From a virus (Duplodnaviria > Caudoviricetes): a stretch of DNA of 64,000 bases. The notes below the pieces were generated by a model. It searched no databases and was not told the DNA's origin. It saw only the letters and a list, made by a program, of their open reading frames with translations. How positions within the stretch are numbered: the first letter of the stretch is position 1; each line of letters opens with the position of its first letter. The DNA lies in IMG/VR virus record IMGVR_UViG_3300017569_000030, positions 17,472-81,471 of that record. One strand, 5' to 3'. Made by a program: the position numbers and the translations under genes. Of this stretch, positions 22,685 through 32,700 are shown piece after piece.

Positions 22685-25576
22685 ATGTCCGATCAAATAA
22701 ATTTATTTGGATAGAATCATAATCAAGTTGGAACTACTAAAGCAGGATTAATACTTAGAACATCTGGAAGTGTAAAAATATAGTGGGGAAATAAATTTAT
22801 TGATTTGTTAAAGAACGGTAAATTAAATGTTGATTCTACTTGTATTTTTAAAGCAGATTCAGTTGGAACAAAGGACGGCATATATGTTATTGAAGGTGAA
22901 GATGGTTCTGATGTTATTCTTTCAATAAAAGGCGAACAAATTCCTTTATTAACTGAATCTACGAATACTTATGTTTCATTTTTAACTGCTTAGGAAACTA
23001 CTGCTGATTAGAAATATTAGGCATTAACTAATATAGGTTTTCTTTATAAAGATTTATCTAGTTTAACTGAAAGTAGTTTACAAAATGGTATAGTTTATAT
23101 TGAATCTGAACAAAGATTATATATTATTAAAGATGGGGCTGCTTCACAATATGTATTAGATATTCCAAATCCATATACTAAATAGTTTGTAATTGCTAAG
23201 ATAGAAGACAATATTGGCTCTTTAGTTATTCAAGGACAAGGTATAAATAATTCCATAGCTTTTGATCATTTTTATATATATGATACTGGTGATGGATGTG
23301 CTATACAAATGAATAGTACAGACGTAGTAAATATTACTCAAGATACAACCCAATTTAGTAATACAGTTGTTACTAATAAAATACAATCAGATGGTGCTAC
23401 TGCTGGTGTTGGATATAGGTTGTATTTATTAGGTTCAGAATCTACATTAGAAGTTGATAATTTAATTGTAAGAAATGGTTTCTCATCAAATAATTCAGAA
23501 GTAATTTATCCAACATATTGGTATTATTCTACTAATATTATTAATTCTGCTGAACTGACTGATGAAGGTTTAATATTAAATCTTAAATATACTAATAATT
23601 ACTAGGCTGAAGATCTTTTATATGTATTTTATGAAAAAGAAATAGAAGAAACAATAAAAGAGGAAACAGATGATGGATCAGAAGATGGAGAAATTGTAAC
23701 ATCAACAGAACTTATATAGCTTTAGTTAGAAGTCGTTGAATTAGGTGATAATGCTATTATAGTTAAAACAGATGAAGATACTCCAGAAGTTAATGCATTA
23801 ACAGGAAAAACTGTATTTCTAATTAAAGGTGAAGGAATATTACGCAGAAATTCTAGTAATTTAGATATTATATCTGCTACAACTTTTGAGGAAGAACAAG
23901 ATGTTGTAAATATTAATTCTAGAATAGGAAATTTAACAGAACTGTCTTTATAGGGGATTGATAATGAATCTTCAGTAGATATATCTGGATATGGTATTTA
24001 TTCTAAAAACTTAGTAGCAGAAGCAGCTTAGTATCAATCAACTTATAATCTTCCAGATGACGATAATTCTTCTAAATTTGCATCTACTGAATGGGTTAAA
24101 AAAGTTGTAAATTCTGAGATTCAAAGTGAAACTGTTGCATAGGATTTTACTACAGATGTTGTTGATTTTAATATTGTAGATTATTTATCTCAACAGTTTA
24201 TAATGGATATTGTGAATGCACAAGCAGTTAATACTTCTACCGCTTACAAAGGGTATCACGGATATGTAACGGTAACTAATGCTAATGAGAGCGTTACTAT
24301 ATCTGGATTAATTAGATCTAAATTAAAAGATGGTACTTACTCTTATCGTACTATTACAGGAATTTGGGATGGTACAAAATGGATTGGAACTGCTAGTTAC
24401 TTAATTAAAGATCAATTTAATCCTGGGTATTACTGGAGTTCAGAAAAAACTGATGATAACACTCCCATCTTTCCTACTTATATTGGTACTACCATACAGA
24501 ATTATACTATTTCTGAACAAATTCCTTATATTTGGTACACTAATGATGGGAATACTTGGACTTTACTTTATTATTATATTAATCCTGAATCAGCAAAACT
24601 TTATATAGCATCAACATTAATGGCACCTCATTTAAATTCTGATGGGACTACTACAAATTGGATGGGTGGATTTATAGCCTATTGTAAAGCTAATGGAGAT
24701 AGTTATACAGTAGCTGAAAATGATTATATAGTAGGCAATTTTATTCCAGCTATAAACGAATTATCAGAAATTGATTTATCCAAATTGCCTAGATTAACTG
24801 CTGATGCAATTCCTGGTTATATTCCAAATATTATAGGATATAAATATATATGGAGTATTAAAGGAGATGCAACAGATTCTGAAAAAACAGATATTAATAA
24901 TTGGACTTTAGAATCCAGTTTTGGAACTATATCTGGTTTAAATCACATGAATATTGGAGAAAATTCTGGAACTGTTAATGCTTGTGTTATATCTAATCAT
25001 AGATGGGTTAAATATGATCCTAATACAAAAATAGTAACAGAATGGTTATATCCTACTAGTACAGGTGTAGAATATTGGAGTGATATACAAGGAACTCCTG
25101 ATAATTGGCAAAATTCTACATGGAGAAAATATTTTTTAATGAATATTTTAAGAAGGTGGTTAGATTTAAATATTCAATTTTATGATACTAAATGGGGATT
25201 TACTTTTAACTGGTCTGGAGAATCCAGCTGTTTTAATATATCTGGATATACAAATATTGCTACTGGAGAAATAACTACTCCAAGTTCTGACGCGGATGAT
25301 AATGATAGTTTTATTCCCACTTCTAAGTTATGGTTGCTTACTGGAGAAGTTTGTGATTATGGATATAAAGCAAATTTCTATTTTAAAAATCTAGAACTTG
25401 GAAAGATAATGGAAAATGTAGGTTTAGCAAATCAAAATAGTGAAATAGAAAAAGGAACAATTGTTGAAACTACTGCTTATGATATTAAAGAAGCTGATGA
25501 TTATGCTATTATAGTAACTGATATGAAAACTGGAAAGCAATACTTTATAAGTAGTAACGGAACAGTCACAAAATAA
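22685..25576 (+). CDS. Large putative structural/tail protein (963 aa)
   Basis: Joins track ORFs 22805, 23309 and 24203 in one frame through TAG; TAA 25574-25576. Confidence 0.72.
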
Positions 25577-25602
25577 TAATTTTTAAAATTCACTATATTA
25601 AT

Positions 25603-25634
25603 TTGGAATTTGTGTTTAAAAAGATTATATTTAC
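25603..25634 (+). promoter_or_regulatory. Promoter TTGG-N19-TATATTTAC, copy 3 (capsid operon)
   Basis: Same boxes and spacing as copies 1 and 2. Confidence 0.72.
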
Positions 25635-25657
25635 CTAACTAATAAAAATTATGAATT

Positions 25658-26689
25658 ATGGAAGAAGGAATTAATGATTTAGACTTTTTAGATGAAGTCG
25701 ATGATTTTGACACAGGTGAAGACACCAATTCACAAAATAATTTAGAATAGGAAAATTCTGGTGAAGAAAGTAATCCTATTTTTAATCCAGATGAAGTAAC
25801 GAGCGATGAATCTCTTATTTCTTCATTGTTACAATTGAAAGGAATAGATGATAGATCCAAAATTAAGTTTGAAAATGAAGAAGGATCTATAGAAGAAGTA
25901 GATTGGAACACATTAAGCAATGAAGATAAAGTTAATATTTTGAAATCGGATGATCAAAATAATGACTTAGATGATTCTGAAATTCAGTTAATCAATTCTA
26001 TTCGTAATAGTGGTATGTCTCCTGCAGAATACTTACAATATGTCACTAATGATGGAATTAACCATTATATACAAAATAACCAATCAAATGGTTATCAGTT
26101 TACGGTTGACCAATACAGTGATGAAGATCTGTTTAAAGCAGATTTTATAAGTAGAATGGGAGATGTTACTGAAGAAGAAGCTCAAGAGGCTCTTGAAAAA
26201 GCACAATCTAATGAAACTTTATTTAAGAAATAGATTGATGCTATTAGAAAAGAGTATAAAACGATTGAGGAAGAGAATCTTAGATAGGAGCAAATAAGTC
26301 AAGAACAAATAGCTCAAGAACAATATGATCAATTTGCTAATCAAATTGGAGATGAAATAAGTAATTTTACAGAATTTTCTGGGTATGATTTAAATTTAGA
26401 AAATGATGATATGCAAATGCTGTATGATTTCATAACAGGAACAGATGCAGCAGGTAATAATTATTTTGCTAAAGCATTATCAGATCCGAAAACTCTTGTA
26501 CAAGCAGCTTGGTTCACTTTGAATGGTCAGCAAATGATAAATGATATAACAGAGTATTTTCAAAAAGAAATTACCAAAGTAAGAAAAGAAAGTTATGAAA
26601 AGGGTAAATTAGATGCAAATAAACCTACTAATACTGTCTATCGCAATAAAGGACATTAGTAGGAAGATTATAATTTAGACGATTTTTAA
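25658..26689 (+). CDS. Acidic protein upstream of MCP, putative scaffold (343 aa)
   Basis: Very Asp/Glu-rich; position directly before MCP; TAA 26687-26689 after TAG-TAG. Confidence 0.75.
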
Positions 26690-26700
26690 TTAGAAATAAT

Positions 26701-29700
26701 ATGTTAGTTGCAAATTTTACAAGTAGAATACCTACTATGGGTCTGCTGTAAGTTTGGCCCCTGTTAATAGTGATATTAATATGCAAACTCTGTGAATTGC
26801 TGGGATTCCTTCAAATATTTGGAAAATCAGCAGTTTTATCTTTGTGAAAAGGTAAAATTCAACGACTAATGTATAACACGAGCACAGAGGTTCTAATTTA
26901 GTTAGAATATGATATAGTCTGAGCTTACATGATGATAAAATGTAAGAATTGTTAGATAAAGAGCTAACAAGGTAACAAAATTTGCAAACTAAAACATACG
27001 AGGATTGGTCAAAGTACCTGGGCAGTAAGCCCCACCGTCTTGGTGTAGTAGCTCGTATGTACACTGATAATACTTTGAACTTTATTACAGATGGTCTTAG
27101 GAACGTCTATTACAAGGATGAGAAAGCAGATCAATTCTAGCTTTCTAGTTCTTTATTGTTTGAGTGGAATGTAGAAACAAATAATATCAAACACATAGAG
27201 TTCGCTGAAGTACCAGCTGAAACTGGAGAAAACGGAAATGAAATAACGATGGCGTTCAAAGAGAACTATTATCAGAAGTATGACATCTTTAGAATTGATA
27301 AGACGAAGCAACAGTGTCAAGTTGTTAGCCGTCCAATTCGCAAGCGTGATGATTACTGGGAAGTACAAGTTCGTTTGATTGATAATAACTTTGATACGAT
27401 CCTTGATACAGATGGATGCCAGATTGGTGATACTACAACGTTCCAATCTGTTGCAGTACCCGAATTGAACGAGGAAGGTTTAAATTTAAGATAGCTTTCC
27501 TCCGTTAAGTTAGTTGCTTAATGAAAAATTAAATAAATATTTCTAATTGCTGGAATGCTAAGTTCTTATTGAATATGCCAATCAGCAGCAAAGCCTTAGA
27601 AAATATAAGCTCAAAGAGAAATACTAAGGAATGTTCAACGACTAGTCTAGATAGACGTAGGGGAAATCAACCCCGAAATGGAATAAATCTAAAATTTAAA
27701 TACAATGAAATATATAGTATATCAAACGACCAATAAGGTCAATGGAAAAATTTATATTGGAGTACATAAAACCGAGACTCCGGATGATTTCGATGGATAT
27801 TTAGGAAATGGAATCTATATTTATCGACCTTCTAGTTATATGCATCCAAAAACGTATTTTCAGTATGCTGTAAAGAAATATGGTATTAAAAACTTTATTC
27901 GTACTACAATTAAGGTTTTTGATATAGAAGCAGATGCTTATAAAATGGAAGCAGACTTGGTAAATGATGAATTTATACAAAGAGATGATACTTATAACTT
28001 AATTTTGGGAGGCAAAGATGTATCTCAATTTATGGTTAAAGTTTATATGTATGATCTTAATGGAAATTATGAAATGGAGTTTGAAAGCTTAATTGCTGCA
28101 GCAAAATATTTGAATCCTAACGCAAAAGGAGGAGGACATTTACCTAGAGCAATAAAGCATAGGCATCAATTTCTTGGGCATCAATTTTCGTATGAAAAGG
28201 TTGATAATATAGGACCTATAAAAGCCATGAAAAATCGAACTCATGTTGAAAAACCTTATACAGGAGGGAAAGTAGGAAGATTCGATAAAGAAGGAAACCT
28301 ATTAGAAACGTTTGAAACAATGACTGACTGCGTTAAAGCAGGATATAAAAATGCAAAGTTAGTTGCATTAGGAAAAAGAAATATATGTAAAGGATTTGTA
28401 TTTAAATATTTAGATTAAGATATAGTCTGAACAGTATAGAAACATACTGATTAACAATAATTGTATTCAAAATTCCAATCTCAGATGGAGTTGCATTAGA
28501 TATTAATTACGGTGCAACTTCGAGTTCGCTCAAAATAAACTCCTTTAATTGCTGGGATCTCTCTATGAGACAATCAGCAGCGAAGATTCTACAATAGAAT
28601 AACGTTCAACGACTATCGAAAGTATAGGTTAAATACCGAATAAACGAGTAGAGTACACTTATCATAAGTGGAAACAGGGAGCACCTTTATAAGGTGAAGA
28701 TATAGTCTAAACTTATATGTGAATATAAGAATAATTACGTAATTTCATGACAACATTCCGTTGCGATGCTAGTTGGTCTAGCTTATATGCAATTCAAGAG
28801 AATGTATTTATGAGTATCTGTGATGATAAGGATAAAACAAAGACCGAAGGCGTATATAAAATGCTCAAGAAGGAAAAAGAATTACTCGATACCTTCATGT
28901 ACGCCATGAATACAGGGTGGAAGTAAGCTAGCCCTGATTAAATTCTTCTAATTGCTGGAAACCTCAAAAGGCAATCAGCAGCAAAGATTTAAAAACTAGT
29001 GACAAACAGTTTTAAATAATGTTCAACGACTATCCGTGATAGGATAAGTAAAATTTTACTGAAATGGAGAATAATTTTAAATATATAGTATATCAAACAA
29101 TAAATATTAATAATAATAAGATTTATGTGGGGGTGCATAAAACAAAAGATCCTTCTATATTCGATGGATATATAGGAAATGGTGTAAATATCTATCATCC
29201 AAGTACTTATGTAAAGCCAAAATATCCTTTTCAATATGCTGTAAAAAAGTATGGGACATCAAGTTTCAGAAGATCGGTGTTATATATTTTTGATAATGAT
29301 AAAATGGCATATAACAAGGAGGCAGAAATAGTAAACGAAGAGTTTATTAAACGCTCTGATACATATAATGTAATTTTAAGTGGAAAAATACATCCTACTT
29401 ATTATATTCGATCTTGTATATATCAATTTGATTTACAAGGTAATTTAGTAAAAAAATGGAATGATATTTATGATGTTTCTGAATTTTTATGTACTTGGAA
29501 AGAATCAGTATATTCAGCAATTAGACACAAATCTCGATTGTATAATTTTTATTGGAGTTATTCTGATAGTATTAATCTTTCTGAATACTCTAGTCCAAAT
29601 GAATCTAGGAAAGTTTATCAATATAATAAGGATGGAAAGTGTATAGCAATTTATAATACTATTGGAGAAGCTGCTAGATATAATAATGTTCAACCAGGAC

Positions 29701-32700
29701 ATATAATAACTTATATTAAAGCAGGAACCTTTTCTAAAGGAGAATATTTCTATTCTTATGAACTATATGATGAGTATGTTTCAAAACCTAGATTAGATTT
29801 AAAAGGAAAGACATTATATTTATATGATTTGGATGGAAATTTTATTAAATCGGAATTTATAGTAGATTTTAAACGAGAATTTGATATTCATACATATAAA
29901 GAAATTTCTAATATAATTCTAAATAAATCTAGCTTAAAAGGATTTCAAATTAGATTAGAATATACTGAAACAATAGAGAAATATTCTCCAAAAAATAAGA
30001 AACGTGCCGTAGAAGTTTATACTATTGACGGTTCTTTAGTTGGTGAATTTGAAAGTGTTACTCTTGCTTGCAAAACTCTTAAACTTGATTCATCTACTGT
30101 ATCTAAAATATTAAGAGGAGTAGCAAAAACAACCAAAGGATATACTATAAAATATAAAAATTAAAGATATAGTCTAAACAATATAGAAATATATTGATTA
30201 ATATATATTGTATGCTTTAACAAAGGCAATATAGATGTGAATTAACTTACGGTTCACAATAAACTCCTTTAATTGCTGGGACCTCTTACAGTGTAAGACA
30301 ATCAGCAGCGAAGATTCTACAATAGAATAACGTTCAACGACTATCGAAAACATAGCATTTATTGCAAAGAAGTGAGTAGAGTACATTAAAAATAATGGAA
30401 ACAGGGAGCATCTCTAAATAAGAGATGATGATATAGTCTAAACTATATAGTAATATATAGCTAATATATTGGGTAAACCAACAATCACAGATCCTAAACT
30501 CCTGTGTTGGGATCTTGCAGCGTGAGCTGTATAACAAATAACTCCTTGAATTGCATGAAACTCCTAAATTGTTAGGACAACCTGCAGCTAAGCCTTTTAT
30601 AGGAAAGTTCAACGACTATCGAAAGCGTAGGTATAAATACTGAGTAAGTGAGTAGAGTAGAGAGTAAAATCTCGAAGTGGGGAGCGTCTCTAAACAAGAG
30701 ATGATGATATAGTCTAACCTATATAGTAATATATAGTTAATATATGGACACAGGTCGCGGTATTTATATAGGTGAGGGTAGAGTATCTGCCCCTTAGTAT
30801 CGTAAGATACTTCGATCAGCTGCTTAATTCGGTGAACCCTGAGATGGGAATACCGAGCCAAGTAAGATAATAAAATTATCTGGGCGTGTGTAACGACTAT
30901 GATATATTATAAATTAAAATTTTCATCAATAATTAATAATTATTAGTATGCAAAAAAGAAAAAAATCACTGTTAATTAGCTTAGTATTAGGTGATGGACA
31001 TATTGCTAAATCTGGAAAGGGTAATTGCTTGCAAATTACTCATAGTATTAAACAAAAAGAATATTTTGAATGGAAACGCCAATTAATTGCAGATCTTTTA
31101 GATTGTAATTTACCTGGAGTTTATCATAGAGAGGATTCAAGACATAACGAATTTTCTCTTAATAAAAGTCATAGATATTTTCGTATCATTAGAAAATGGT
31201 TATATAAAAATGGTATTAAGCGATTTAATAAAAAAATATTAGATTATATTACCGCAGAGGGATTGGCTATCTGGTTTATGGATGATGGTAGTCATTGTGT
31301 AAATCGCAGAAAATCTACAGGAAAGGTAATGAGTCATACTTTTAAATTATATACATTTACTAATGAGGAAGACACAGATAATATTATTCAAATGTTTAAA
31401 GAAAAATTTGGCATTAATGTTTATAAATTAAAATATATAAAAAAGGACGGTTCTCTTAGTTATTATTTACAATGGAAAACAAGAGAAGGTAGAAAGTTTT
31501 GTAATTTAATTCGTCCTTATGTTATCCCGTCAATGCAATATAAATTATTGCAACCAGGAGAATAATATATCTTTAACAGCAGCCAACCAGAAATGGTTGA
31601 AGATATAGTCTAAACAAATACAAATTAAAGTATTTGATTAACAAAATTGTTGATACCTCAAATAGAAGCCGCATGTAACAAATATTGTTACAATAATAAA
31701 CCAACATTACCTCTGTTTAACCAGATTATGAACGATATGGCTGACAAAGCCCAGTCTGATACTGGTGGGCACTGGGTGTTTATAGTAAACCGCAAATTAT
31801 GGAATGATGTGAACACAGTTCTTGGTGAGTATCTCGCTAATTATAGAACTGATGGTACTTATATGTATTCCAAGTCTGCAAACAAAGGTATGGGTGGTTA
31901 TGTCAAGGTCGGAGCAACCTTCGACACATATATTTACGCCGGTGAATTGATTGCCGCATAAATTAAAAATAATTTATGAAAATTTATTTAATTGCTGGAA
32001 CATCTTGAAGTTTAATAAGCTATAAAGGAATTAGTAATAATAAACTTGAAAGCTCAAAAATTATTAAATATAAGACAATCAGCAGCGAAGCTTCTAAACT
32101 ACTAAAGCATGAAGAACGTTCAACGATCATCCCTTTGGGAGTAGATTAATATATTAATCGAAATAATAAACATCTTATGGAATTAAAAAATATAGTTTAT
32201 ATAACAGTTAACTTATGTAATAGTAAATTTTACTTTGGGGTTCACAGAACTAATCCAGAAGTTTTTGACGGATATATTGGTGCAGGAATCTACAGACAAT
32301 CAAATGCCACATTAGATACTGCCTTTCATAAAGCTGTGCGAAAATATGGTTATGATAATTTTAAAAGAACTATAATTGCTATTTTTCCAGATACAGAAGA
32401 AGGAAGAGAGTAGGCTTTTAATTTAGAAGCAAGTATAGTAACTAAAACTTTGATTAAAAGTAAAAATTGTTATAATTCTGCTTTAGGAGGGCAGGGAAGT
32501 ACAAATATAGATACAAAACGTGTTTATATGTTTAATTTGAAAGGAAATTTTTTAAGAAGTTTTTCTAGTATTAGAGAAGCAGCAAACTTTATTGATTCTA
32601 CAAATGAATATAATGTTTTAAAAGCTATTAGAAATAATTGTTTGGGAAAAAATAGTAACAGCAGTTATGGTTATTTTTGGAGTTATAAGAAAAAATTTGA

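Noticed and set aside
28730-28745. 3' splice site of intron 3 at G28729 or G28739
   Set aside because: G28739 shifts the frame and G28729 leads into a stop or a shifted frame; neither fits the P10 pairing.
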